DNA of 61,567 nucleotides, filler included, from Bipalium vagum (Eukaryota): the NCBI GenBank assembly GCA_037834085.1. It is 3 parts of 3 records of this genome, joined end to end, with 100 filler letters (N's around TTAATTAATTAA, not from the genome) between each part and the next. Parts side by side here need not be neighbours in the genome. Positions count along the whole stretch, not along the records: positions 20,758 to 42,669 come from JBBMKC010229417.1; 2 more parts are not named here. One strand, 5' to 3'. Positions 27,001-38,664 of the stretch are shown here, piece after piece. Every line of letters begins with the position of its first letter. Position 1 is the first letter of the stretch. The notes under the pieces were generated by a model. That model saw nothing but the letters and a program-made list of their open reading frames with translations. It had not been told where the DNA came from and did no database searches. Position numbers and translations under genes: made by a program.

Positions 27001-28501
27001 GGGGCAAACTGTTTTTGATTTTCCTGTTTCTCATACCACAGGTAATGTGCCACAGTAAATTTTGATACTGGAATATTGCAATAATCAGTTTTTGAAATTT
27101 AACCTTTTCGCCTTTCTAATACATACCAGAAATTTTCCTCTTTAGTATTAATTTGTAGATTGCATTTAATGCAGTCTTTCTTCCTCTTGTCTTCCGAATC
27201 GATACCTCTCTTTGTAAACATTTTCCTTTCACACAGTTGCAAATTTGCCAAGAACTAAAGGTTTGATTATTCCGATCATATTACAAAAAATAAAACCGAA
27301 AGACGATCCTTCAAAATTTTAAAGCCAGGACGTGTTTATCCGCAGATATTCTTTGATGGAATTAACTAATAAGATGTGTATGTTTTGTCAGCATTGTAAA
27401 CATTTTCTTCTCCATAGGCCAATATCTTTGTTGCAAGTTCAATCAGAAATAAAGAATAATTTTCAGACCCTACATCAAAAGGTTCTCCATACAGCCGTTT
27501 AAGTTTTAAATTTTAGATTTAAATTTGGTTAGCCATCCGTTGGATGCTTTAAATTATAACATTTTTCTACTTTAGCAAATTGTATTGCTTTTTCGGCTAT
27601 TAATTTATCGGTAAGAATTTCACCTACTCTCTCCAATTTGATAGAAGAGGGTCGATTTTATCGATTTCAGCGTTGGTATTCTGCACTTAGTATTAAATTC
27701 TGAATTTTCTAAAATGTTGTGTTTATTCTTTCGAATGTCATTTATTGTACGTCTTGAAATTTCTTAAATTTCATTGAAAAGATATTTGCAACTTTATTAT
27801 CAGATATTGTATTAATGTTTAATATCTTAAAATTTCAATTTTTTCAGTATTGGATAATTCTGTTTCATTTTATTATTCATTATTAAAATTTTAAATAAAT
27901 TAAAACAAATATTTGATATATTATTATGTAATTTTTGTTAATATTGTTAAAATTTATTGGCGAATTATGGAAATTTTACATATAAAAGTCTAAAAACAGA
28001 AAGTGACGGATTACAGGATTGGCGACTTTGAGAGGTTACAGTGTATTATTAGTATTGTTGTTGTATGTCATATCAATCTTTACTGTTCACAAATATCGAG
28101 TTTAATTCGCTTGTTAATATCACCAATGTTTGATAGATAAGTGGGAAATTCTACAATTTATATTTTTTTTCAGGTTTAATTTCTTTGAATTCGAATAGTG
28201 AGAAACCTATGGGTAAATCAATTACTTCTGATATAATTTTCCAATAATGTTTTATAGATTATATGAAAGAGTTGAACTTGTTATTAAAGAAAAGAAGAAG
28301 TACTCATATTTAATGATAAATAATTATTTGGATAATTATCTAGGCGGATTTGTGAATGAGAAAGAGACCAGTCCTGGTGTTGATAAGAAAAAAGAAGTTA
28401 TAGTACAATGTCATAATTTAACCCAAGTCCTGATTCAAAAATTGGAAACGATGCCAACATTTACAAGTTACCAGTCATCTGAGGATGAATTTGGAGAATA
28501 A
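21051..28501 (+). CDS. WHAMM/JMY-like actin nucleation-promoting factor, 3' exons: 21051-21334, 22360-22476, 22521-22610, 25409-25604, 28174-28212, 28344-28501
   Basis: All introns are GT-AG and phases match (0,0,0,1,1), giving one open frame. The protein has acidic EDFQDA, coiled-coil RIANIKAELRNSKNQ (cf. recalled WHAMM RICAKRASLRSRKDQ) and ASERIRLYKNK (cf. TLQRLRSFKDK). These are followed by polyproline, WH2-like LLQFKKGLISLNS, amphipathic NLTQVLIQKL and acidic tail SSEDEFGE*. 5' exons are not resolved; a gap lies at 20.7 kb. Confidence 0.7.
23057..23282. mobile_element. Tc1-type MITE (226 bp)
   Basis: TIRs CAGTACCTGACCATTGAAA and CACTACCTGGCCATTGAAA (reverse complement). TA on both flanks; no ORF. 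Confidence 0.75.
23320..24090 (+). mobile_element. Merlin/IS1595 (ISXO2-like) transposase pseudogene
   Basis: IVKIDEIK...RGHQVNG...IVGGVERTNKSKVSLVEITEHSSTTLTTRIVKYVKPGSIIYSD..KEYQKL...HKTINY. Confidence 0.85.
24257..25130 (-). mobile_element. Tc1/mariner-superfamily (DD37D-like) transposase pseudogene
   Basis: FPGKWIGRRGSIDWPPGSQDLISMDYF and C-terminal RRCKESKGKQFEN. TIR-like CAGGGTGCCAATTAAG at ~24257. Confidence 0.85.
25723..26425 (-). mobile_element. hAT (Buster/Charlie, ZBED5/SCAND3-like) element, internally deleted
   Basis: Terminus CAGGGTTTCCCAACCT at 26425. BED finger DYIKYGFT...KPQCVLC..VLSSESMKPSKL..HL..KH. Late-domain fragment ITKHLQSLENEL..YFPE. Confidence 0.88.
26450..27230 (-). 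mobile_element. Tc1 (DD34E) transposase pseudogene
   Basis: FWFPQDNSRIHT...WPARSANLNLMENIWKLL. An FSxEK.FSLDG.D-like first-Asp region lies at ~26880-26920. Confidence 0.85.
27240..28043 (-). mobile_element. pogo/Tigger (CENP-B-like) element relic
   Basis: GEILTDKLIAEKAIQFAK..FKASNGWLTKFK and KRLYGE. TIR-like CACTGTAACCTCTCAAAGTCG after TA at ~28043. Confidence 0.8.
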
Positions 28502-29039
28502 TAATTTTTTATTTGCTGATTTTTTGAATTTTCATCAGTACATTTGTGAAATTTTTATTATATTTGAAATTGTTAATTATTTCTAAATATAAGGGTAATA
28601 CTGGTAATGGTAGTGGAGATCACCAAGGATCTATAATAATATTTATAATTTTAATTTTAATAATAACAATATAATTACTTCAGTTTTTAATTAAGAAAAG
28701 TGCTTTTAATGAAAAATATTAATCAATAGTAATTTATAATTTATCTCGATGTCGGGATAATGAATAATTATTAATAGTATCATTATTATAATAAAATTAA
28801 TATTATCTGGCTGTCGATATGTTAAAAGATAAATCTTCCAATTAATGAGGTATTAGAGTAAGTAGAGATGGTCGAAGATTTCAATCAAGAATTCACCCAA
28901 TATTGTGCAAAAAAGAAATTTTTTTTCAGGGATCTATTGGAAGATTATTTGGATTATGTTTCTTTATACCGAAATGACTTACACATGTCTTTTCTAACCG
29001 ACTGATTTTATTTAAATACTGAACTGTTTCACATCTATT

Positions 29040-29360
29040 GCTATATATTATATTATATCATTATATGGCGTAGGAATGGTTTTTTTTATCCATCTTCATA
29101 ACAAAAGTTCACCCCTCTGCATGGTATGAGAATCGTTCTGTGATTTGGTTAGAGTTCAGCATCTATTTAATTATAAAGACTATGTTGAGGTAGTAAAACC
29201 GTGCTTCTTATCAAATGAACAACGTCGAATTCGACAATGCATCCATCCATACTTCCAAAAAGATCAGAAATTGGTTTGGTGATCATGCCATACCTCTTCT
29301 GTCGTGGGCAGCAATCAGTCCAATGCTAACCCTATGGAAAATGTATGGGGAAAAAAGAAA
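29040..29360 (+). mobile_element. Tc1 (DD34E) transposase fragment
   Basis: DNASIHTSKKIRNWFGDHAIPLLSWAAISP/NPMENVWG. Confidence 0.8.
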
Positions 29361-30589
29361 GAGAACACAGTCTGTTATTACTATCAGGTAATTTATAATT
29401 ACCTTATTAATGTTTTTAAATAAATGCAATGTTTGTGGCAAAATATTCAAAGAATGCACATAAAAAGGAAACATTGATTGTGTTTCATAGTGCTGCTACG
29501 CGAAAATAGAGAGCCTATTTCTAACTGTCTAAAGATGCTCACACCTAAAAAATTGGATCGATTTTGGGGAACTGAAGACTAAGATCATTTCATTGAATAG
29601 CATCTTAAAAATCATGTCTATATGAATGTATGTGGCGAAAAAGTATTAAATTGTGGAATTGCCAATCAATTTTTATTTAATAAATTTGTAAATCAAAAAC
29701 TATTTGTCAATTTTTCAATATGTATTTGTTTTTCAAGTATTTTTTTTAACCGAGTCTATCAAAAAAACATGATTAAGTTATTCGAATTTTTTTTTAAAAA
29801 TAAAAATAAAATTGAGAAAATGTTGAGTTGCCAAAGGCACAAACCCTGAAGATTGTAAGAAGATAATAATAATAATTTTATTAATTAAAAATCTTTTCCA
29901 AATATTAAGAATATTACCAAAATTAATATATTAAAATCTCGCCGTCGAGATTTTGATATATGATGGTAATAAGATATTAAATTAAGGATTATGTCCCGTA
30001 CGAATTATATTTTTAATTAATATTCCACTAACTTCTTGGAGATAAAGTTAGAATTAATGGGTTATTCAAGGAAATAGCCTTCTCAAAACGTAGGGATTGG
30101 TGACTAAAACTAAGTTTTAATTTAAATTATGAATTAGCTTTAGTGTATATTTCTACTTTTTACTTTTTAATAATTCTATATTTAATTTAAATAAAAACAA
30201 TAATAGAATTTTATAAGTTACAGATTCTAAAATTAAAAAATCAAGTTTAAAACTATTAGCTTAACTCTAGGAACATATGAAATTGAAGAAATATCTCAAG
30301 TGATAGAAAATTGATTTAAATATGATTAAACTTTAGAACCTTTCAAAGAAAATGAATATTATATAATAATCAAACCAAATTCAATCTCATTTAATTATAT
30401 AATGAAAATATCAAAAGGATGTAAAGTTGTTTTTTGAAACTAGTAAACAATATCAAGGAAGAATACATTATTCAAAATCAGTTAACATTTGAAATAGCAA
30501 ATAGCAAATGGTTAACAAAGCCAGATGTAAAAAAGTAATAATATTGTAAATTAAATGTTTATGAGCAGTCTATAATAAGTTCTCACGTA

Positions 30590-31980
30590 TATGTAGCAGA
30601 CTACAGAGCATTTGACCATGGAATAACCCAGGAAATAGTAGAAGGACAAATTGACGAATTGACTGCTAAGTTAGAGTTAAGTAAGCTACTACAGGAGAAG
30701 ATAGTAATATTACATAAAATCAAGATGACTCTAGATGCAGTTAGAATTGATAGGAGCTGAATAAGAAGATATTGTGATCTAGCAACCTTATCGATATTGA
30801 ATAAAAGCAAATTGATTGGACTAAGAAGAGGTGACACAGCATCATTACATCTCCTGGTAATTAAGCGAATCATTATTAAGCGAACATTATTAAGCATCAT
30901 TAAGCGAACAAATGAATGCCATACAGAAGAAGTTTGGCACGGACCAGAAGTGCATTTTTCATGCAAGTGGTTTGCGCAAGTGTATCTGATAGATGCATAG
31001 AAGATTTGCAAGAAGAAAGAAGGATATGGCCCAGAAATTAGAAGAAAAGAAACCAGAATTAGAGCAAATTAAAATCTCTAGATATGATTTAATAATTAGA
31101 AATGATGTAGTATTAAGAAATTGGTGAGCCGTTTATATGACAAATGGAAAAAAGGCCAAGAATTAGTAGAATAATGGAAGAGCCCATAGTTGAAGTTTCA
31201 GATTCCTCAGAGAAAACACCGCAGAAACAGACTCAAGAAAAAGAAGCGGAATTAAATATGGTGAACAATAAGGACAATTCCGAAATAATATCGAGGACGA
31301 GCAAGAAAGAGAAGAATTAGCGGAGAAATATGAAAAGTTCAGAAGAAGATTTAAATCACTTCCAGTAAATTTAAATGACAATATCAAAGAAATTGAGGAA
31401 ATGAAAACGAAAAAAGAGAAAAGGAAGGAAACTGAAGTAAAAGTTGTGTTAGCAGATTTTAAACGAAAGGTAATGATTGAAAATTCTCCAAAGAATATAA
31501 GAAAAACGAAAGAGGATAAACCGGAAGATGAGGAGATCGTCATATTAACAGAAACCATAGATTTGTCAGGCGACAATAAAGAAGAAGAGGAAAGTCAAGA
31601 ATCAAAGAATTCCAGTAGAAAAGAAGTATGAAGAACGGGACGTGGTTAACAGCATCATTAGCTGACATCTACGAGTGAAGAAAAACCAATGAATGGTTTT
31701 GGAAGAAAATAGTGCTTGAGTCGAAGAAAACAGACCAAGAACTAGTACTAAGTAATGATAGGTAAAGAAAATCAACATTAAAATCACAACAAATGGCGAA
31801 ATGGAATGTGACCGGTCTAGAGCCATGAAAAAAAGAAGAGTGAATAGCAGACGTCTCGAAATGAACAATAATTATTAATTGCCTCCTTTTGTTTCATATT
31901 GATCTCGAATAAAGCTTTCCGTTGTTATGTCTTAGTTAATTTCTGCTATCAAGTTCGGATGATCAAATTCTGTTAAATAT
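30590..31980 (+). mobile_element. Decayed LTR-retrotransposon internal region (gag/protease-like)
   Basis: Purine-rich broken ORFs (IDELTAKLELSKLLQEK; RYDLIIRNDVVLRNW, resembling protease YDLILGxD) end just before an LTR-like repeat. Confidence 0.4.
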
Positions 31981-31988
31981 GGAGATTT

Positions 31989-32414
31989 TGTTAAGTTTAA
32001 ACCCTAAAGAAATTCAATACCACATAAAATACCCCTTTAAAATATAAATTAATTGTTAATTGACTAATTAATTACGTAATTTGATTTCATTAACCTCTTA
32101 AAAAGTCTGAAAATGTTCCCTTAAATTATTTTTAGCCTACTTAAAATCTATTAAAGAAGAGTCTATTGCTATTAAAGAAGATTAATTTACAAGTAATAAT
32201 TTTTGGCTCTTGTTTCGGATTATATTTAAGTTCCCTATCAAAGGACTACCTCTAAGAAACTGTAAAGACTCAGTATTATTATTCATGATCCCTTTTTCGA
32301 GTTTGACGGTTTTGTTATTGATATTGTGATTTGTATCTGCTATTGTGATTATTGTTATTTTGCACCACATAGGAGTTGGAGTCAGGTTAAAGTTGATGCA
32401 CTAAACATTGAACA
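31989..32414 (+). repeat. LTR (TG...CA), internally shorter copy
   Basis: Starts TGTTAAGTTT and ends TTGAACA. Colinear with 49600-50392. Confidence 0.65.
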
Positions 32415-32419
32415 TGTAC

Positions 32420-33179
32420 ATGATCCGAAAATGATGAATTTTATAAGGCCGTGGTATATTTTCATGTTATCATTTTTAGTTTAACTAGAATATAGACACA
32501 TACTAAAGAAAAGATTTAATTTTATAAACTGTTAAACTTCTGCGATGGTATAGAGTGTTATCAGTATGAAAGGTATAGGACCTTTACATGTTGTGGATGG
32601 CCCATGAACGTCGTAAAATGTCAAAGGTAATCGAGGAAGAACTGCTCCCGACCTTACATTCTTAGCATGATGATGTCCAAACCACAATTTTTATGCATGA
32701 TGGGGCAGCAGCTTATATTTACAAGCATATTTAAATCAAAATAATATCAAAGTTCTGGACTAGCCTGGTAATTCCCCGACATGAACCCTATTGAAAATGA
32801 ATGGTGGGTTATGAAATCGAGATGTCTTACGAATAGGAAGCAGGTATATGAATATCTTAAAGTACAACAACCCAAAGATCCTTGTAGTCATACAACATTG
32901 TACCTAAAGCATGTCAAGACGAATAAAAGCTGTATTAGATTCCAAAGGTGATCCTACAAATATTAAAGGCAATATTATTTTAAATTTCTTTAATATGGTC
33001 TTTGAATCTTTCTGGTGTTTTCAAATTTTTAGATTTTTAAAAATGTTTTTTGGATTTTATTCCGCAAATACTACAGTTACAGAAAAATACTTAATTTATT
33101 TACATGTTTACAAAAATACTAAGAGAAATCGAAATAATCATTTTTTCCACTATAGGTCTAATAATATGTCAAGATACTG
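32420..33179 (+). mobile_element. Tc1 (DD34E) 3' half with right TIR
   Basis: IFMHDGAA...NNIKVLD*PGNSPDMNPIENEW and SMSRRIKAVLDSKGDPT. The end GGTCTAATAATATGTCAAGATACTG is followed by TA. Confidence 0.85.
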
Positions 33180-33512
33180 TACTTCGAGGATTACTAAAGA
33201 TGATTACACTTAATAATTTAATTTTAATTTTATTCTATTTCACATTTTCACATTCATAGTACAAAATATTAAAAATTAAATTTCAAATATATGTTAACTA
33301 AAAAATATTATTAATCAATAATTTTTTTAAATAATTGATTATTAATACTTATTTGTATGTAATTTTTGTAATTATTCAATACATTCATGTTTGCATGATT
33401 GTTTTAAAAATAAAATGCTGTTGATAAAATTTATATGTAAAATTTAAACTATAATTTAACAATTTTTTAACAAAACATTTTTGAGAATACTATCTGTCAT
33501 ATTTAATTTCAG

Positions 33513-34163
33513 ATGAGTACAAATAAAGACTTTAATCGTCCCAAAGGTGCCATGTCAGCTTATGCTTGCTTTGTTCAAGTTATAAGAGAAAAATATAAAA
33601 ATAAACATCCGGATGAAGCTGTTGTATTTAGTGAATTTTCAAAGAAATGTGCAGAAAAATGGAGAGTAATTATTATAAATATTTAATTTTAAAATTATTT
33701 TTATTTTTATCTTAATTCTATTATTATATAATATATAAAATTTATTTAGCAATTAGGTCCTAAAGAAAAAAAACAGTTTGAAGATATGGCAGCTGTTGAT
33801 AAGACTAGATACATTAAAGAAATGAACGAATATGTTCCACCTGGTGGAGTCAAACCCAATAAGCGAAAGCAACCTCGAGATCCAGCACAACCGAAACGTG
33901 GTCTATCGGCATTTTTCCTTTACAGTCAAGAATTCAGAGGCCAGATCAAAGATGAACATCCAGATTGGAGAGTTGGTGATATAGCCAAAGAGTTGGGAAA
34001 ACGTTGGGAAACGTGTGCAGATAAAGCAAAATATGAAGAATTAGCAAGGAGAGAAAAGGAAAGATTTGAGAGAGAGATGGATGAGTACAAAAGTGGTACG
34101 TTTGTTCCATATTGTAAAAAAGAAAAGATTTTGAGAGACGGTAACGAAGCATTAGGAGATTAA
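33513..34163 (+). CDS. HMGB: HMGB-family high-mobility-group protein with two HMG boxes, 188 aa; exons 33513-33665 and 33750-34163
   Basis: Box A is RPKGAMSAYACFVQ...HPDEAVVFSEFSKKCAEKW; box B is DPAQPKRGLSAFFLYSQEFR...VGDIAKELGKRW. Phase-0 84-bp GT-AG intron; AATAAA at ~34325. Confidence 0.95.
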
Positions 34164-35559
34164 TTGTTAATTGTAATTTGACAATTTAAGTTTTGTAAAG
34201 ATTTATTCTGAATTTTATGATATTCTGTTATTTTGCATTTCAATGATGAATCTGTTTAATCAAGGAATTGAGTGATGATGTTATTGATCGGTTGAAAAAT
34301 GTAGATAATTGACTATTTGGTTTGAATAAAATTTATTGTATTTATTATCAAAAGTTATTATAATAACAAAAGCCGATAAATAATTTTTTCGTATATTAAA
34401 AATCTTGAATATTACGAAACCCATATGGACTTCAAAATTTGTTATTAAAGGTATACTCATTTAAATGATTGTATACAATGTTTATGCCAATACTAGGTCA
34501 CCGTTCACATTTGAGTTGCTCAAAGGTACTTAATGCGTATAATAATATTTATGAGGGACCCCTTGGACTTTTAAATACCGTGTTTTGATATAATTTTTGT
34601 TTCCTGAAAGTACATTTTTATTGGAGTTATAAATATTTCCATTCAAATTCATAATATAGCTTGAGGTTAATTTTTGGTAGTGATATTTGTAATTATAAGA
34701 CGATTGGAAATATATTTTTAGTTTTGAAATATTATTACGAATATAAATTAATATTCATCGAAGTAAAAGCTGAACTATCAAACTCTGAGGAATAAGAAAT
34801 TATCATTAGTATTAAATTTGTATGAAAATTACTAAATAATAATTATTAAATTAATTAATATATTTAATTAAATAATAGATTTTAAAAAATTAAATTAATA
34901 CAAGAATTTTATTTGAGTTTAAAAAAATTGAATATTTTGTTTAATGATGTAATCATAAGCATTTTTATTGACATTGTATAAGCCACAGTATAATTATTTT
35001 GGCAATGATATTGTTTTTTTCTTACATAACCCACGGGCTATAATCTGAAAAAGAGGTACTTTAAAATGTGGATATTGATTGTTTGTCAGCTTATCCCATC
35101 TTCATTGTCGTAAACTATGTTCTGATAGTAAAAGAAAGATCGGTTAAGATCTCAAATAGAACTGCCACATTAATTGAAAAAAGTTATAATGAGAATGTCT
35201 CTAATTGTTAATTTTTTGGAAAATTTCTTTTTTTGAAAAAATATCTTAAAACATGGCTTTCTATTTCCCTTAAAAACTATTACCAAAAAGAATATGAAGA
35301 CTCTCATAAATTAATAAATAATATAAAGATAAAATTAAAAGTTTGTTGCAGTTGATGATCATAAAAACATATATAAAAAGATTACACCTATTATTTGTTG
35401 GCATTCTTATTGGAAGCCTTTATCAAGGAATATTATATATTCTGCAAACTTAAATTAATTTAGCCAAGTTATCGTATTTTGATAATGAAAAATATTATTA
35501 TTAAAAAATGAATTTACAATAATATTAATTGCCTATAAAAATGACTATAAAATCAATAA

Positions 35560-36670
35560 TGTTATATGTTAGTTATCATTTATCATTTATTCTCTTCTCT
35601 TCTTCTTGTCTTTCTTCTACTTTTCCATGAAATATAATAGGAGATAAACTACTGATATTATAATACGAGATAAGAGGAGATTTACTGATTTTTTTAGTAC
35701 ACAGCTCCGACTTGCTCCCCATCTGTCGGAGCTTTCCCTTTTGGGTGCATCTCGTAGTCATCGGAAATTTCACCATCATTATAATTCGTCAAGTATCTTT
35801 CACTGTCTTGGTCTCTTTTATCTTCAGCTATTGTATTGAGATACCTGCTATCACGAGAATAATTTAACTTTACGTTTCTATCTACCCATGGTGTCCTCCT
35901 GTCGTCTCGTCTTCTTTCTATATTTGTGTAGCAAACACTCTCCAAGTGTCCCTGTAGACCGCATTGATTACACTTCACAGTAGGACATTGTCTTCGAACG
36001 TGCCCTTCCAATCCACATGCGAAACAAGTCGATTTATTTCTCATATTGCAATTTCTACTTATGTGTCCGATCTTGTGACATGTCCGGTATTCTCTTATTT
36101 ACAAAATTATTTCTGTTGATCATTCGTCGTACTTGTGACTTTTCCATACCTGTTTCCTCTCTTGGTGACTTATAGGTCTGATATTGTCGAGTTCCTGGTT
36201 CTCGAACTGCATTTATCTTCTCAATCTCAGCTCTACACTCGTCCATCTTCTTTATTGTCTTCTTCACTTCCTCTTCTCCTTTCACTTCCCGCATGCACAA
36301 CTCCCTTTTAACTTCCGAGTCATTTGTACAGTGTACCAAGAAAAGTTCTACTAATGACTTTTTATCCAACGTATGTGAGTACACTTTATCGACCAGCTTT
36401 TCTAATTTTTCGAAATATTTTTCCGCTGATTCATTAGATCTTTTGTAATTTAGAACTGATTGTAAATCTTCTACCACCGGGATTTTCTTATGAAACGTTT
36501 TGCGGAGCTTTTCATCAAAGTTCTTCAACTCCGTGCTTACGGCTTCACCACTACAGTTGCCCTACACGAATTCGGGATCTTCAATAACGCCAAATACCTT
36601 TCACATTCTTTAATAAAATTGTCAATTTTTAAATATATTTGAATTAAAAGACAATAAAAACATACCACCA
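35560..36670 (-). mobile_element. Gypsy element 1: gag-only deletion derivative with LTR-like 3' end
   Basis: PBS-like TGGTGG at ~36670. Gag ORFs 36055-36528 and 35694-36044 carry two CCHC knuckles (CFACGLEGHVRRQC, CNQCGLQGHLESVC). The gag stop is followed by AATAAA and a ...TATAACA end at 35560. No pol. Confidence 0.8.
35703..35745 (-). promoter_or_regulatory. -1 ribosomal frameshift signal (C CCA AAA + 9-bp hairpin)
   Basis: Heptamer 35745-35739, 5-nt spacer, stem AGCTCCGAC/GTCGGAGCT. Confidence 0.7.
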
Positions 36671-36729
36671 ATATATCAATATTATTAATATTATTATAAC
36701 ATATTATTAGGTATGTATTTAAAAAATAA

Positions 36730-37858
36730 TTATGAACATTTAATTAAATCACAATATCATGAATTTTATGGTCAAGATATATTTAATATTTTTTTAGAAT
36801 TTCTAAAAAATATTAATATCAAGTTAACTGTGATATAATAAAAAATACAAACATTCCAACTCGTCGAGCGAAAAAGATGAAATAAACTGGAATAAATCAA
36901 AAAATGTTATTATAAAAGTTTAAATGAAAACAAAGTAAAAGATCACGATCATTTAAATATAGAAAAAATATAAAAGAGCATCTCATAATTCATGAAATAA
37001 TAGGCGGTAAGTCATTAAAAAACTTCTTTATTCCATTTTATTTTCATAATGGTTCGAAATATGATTTCCATTTATACTTTATAGAATTACCATCTACGTT
37101 TCCTAAAGAAAACTTTAAAATAATATTACATACAGATGAAGATTATATGAATAAAGCTTTAAATGATTTTAACTCGGTACCCGAAATGACTTCTTCCTAC
37201 AGTAATGAGAACTTTGACTTAAGTTATTACTTTAAAGAAACATATTTTAAATATTATGATGCCAATTCGTTATATTCAAGTTGTTTGACAGTACCTTTAT
37301 CAACGGTGAACTATATATAAGTGTATGGCGTATAAGAACAAAACAAAGATATATAAAAGAACGAAGTTGGAATTGCGAAGCAAAGAACAATTATACCAAG
37401 AAAAAACCTTCAACAATTCATGTTGACAAAGTTTACATATATGTAGTAGCTTTAATATATCCTCCCGAAATACATGAGAAAACTAAAAAATTCCTTTATG
37501 TCCAGAGAAGATTAAAATAAATGATTCGTTATTAACTAATTATCAAATTATAAATAGAATATCTAATATATTTAATACGAAACTAATGCTTACTCAATTT
37601 GATAAAAATGAATATATGGTAGAAGGATCATTATTAGATTTCTTTTTAGATCAAGGTGTGATTTTAAAAAATGTACATAAAAAACGGGTATTAAAAAATC
37701 AACTTGGTTAAAAGGTTATGTAGAATTTAATATTGAAAAAAGAAATGAGTCTAAAAGAAATAATGATGCACTTGGTGATTTCTTTATAAAATTTTTAAAT
37801 AATGCGTTTTATGGTAAAACATCAGAAAATGTGAGAAATGGACAAAACGTTGAAAATT
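36730..37858 (+). pseudogene. Maverick/Polinton protein-primed family-B DNA polymerase (fragmented)
   Basis: Motifs in order: KVKDHDHL..KYKRASHNS (endoVII-like), FIPFYFHNGSKYDFHL, YYDANSLY, YPPEIHE..FPLCPE, KLMLTQFDKNEY and KSTWLKGYVEFN...FFIKFLNNAFYGKTSENVR. Confidence 0.92.
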
Positions 37859-37859
37859 C

Positions 37860-38662
37860 ATTTTGAACATCCATTTTACCTTTAAAATCTGAATCTTTTA
37901 AAATATGTAAAGTTACAGCTGAACCATTAATACATAAACTTTCTGGTTGATCTTTTAAATCAAAATAAAATATAGAATATAAATTTTGAAATTCTAATAA
38001 ACTTGATTGAGGATCATTATTAAAGTATTTACGTGCTTTTACATAATTAGAATAATTTCTATTATTTTTACCTTTTTCAAATTGTATAGGATTTAAAGCA
38101 TAGTATGACCTATTAACTTGAACACTTAAACTTTTTATTTTAATTTGAATAAACAAACTATTGATTTTATTAAAATTAAATCCTGATTCTCTATCAGAAA
38201 TATATATATATTTGGTACAATATATAATTGTAATATTTGTGTAGTTCATTCTGTTAAACTTCTTTCTTCACAATGTCTGGATAAAAAATTTACATTTAAA
38301 AATTTTCCATCTTTTATTCTTCAAAAAGATTTAACTCACTTGATGGATTTAATTGTAATTCTGGAATAAATATTTTTAAATCAATTACTTTTAATTTTCC
38401 ATCCCCATTTGCTCCATAAAATATTTCTTTATCAAATATTTCTTGTAAATGTTAATTTTCCTTGCATGTTGTAAATTATTCTTTTATATTAATAATGTTG
38501 TAAAAATTCAATCATTAATTTTAGTGGAAATTCTTCTATAAACTTATTATTTGAGTATAATTTTTTTTATCTTTAAATCCTTTGTAATTGTAATTCTGAA
38601 ATGAATAATTTTAAATCTATTAATTTTAATTTTGCATCTTCTTGGATTCCATAAAAAAATCC
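37860..38662 (-). pseudogene. Maverick/adintovirus major capsid protein (double jelly-roll) fragments
   Basis: FPLKLMIEFLQHY..RIIYNMQGKLTFTRN, KLKVIDLKIFIPELQLNP and IKSLSVQVNRSYY..EFQNLYSIFYFDLKDQPESL resemble Polinton MCP motifs. Convergent with pPolB. Confidence 0.7.
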
Positions 38663-38664
38663 TG

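Noticed and set aside
37809-37870. Apparent overlapping antisense pPolB and capsid ORFs
   Set aside because: Both genes are truncated at a deletion junction near 37858, so the overlap is accidental read-through.
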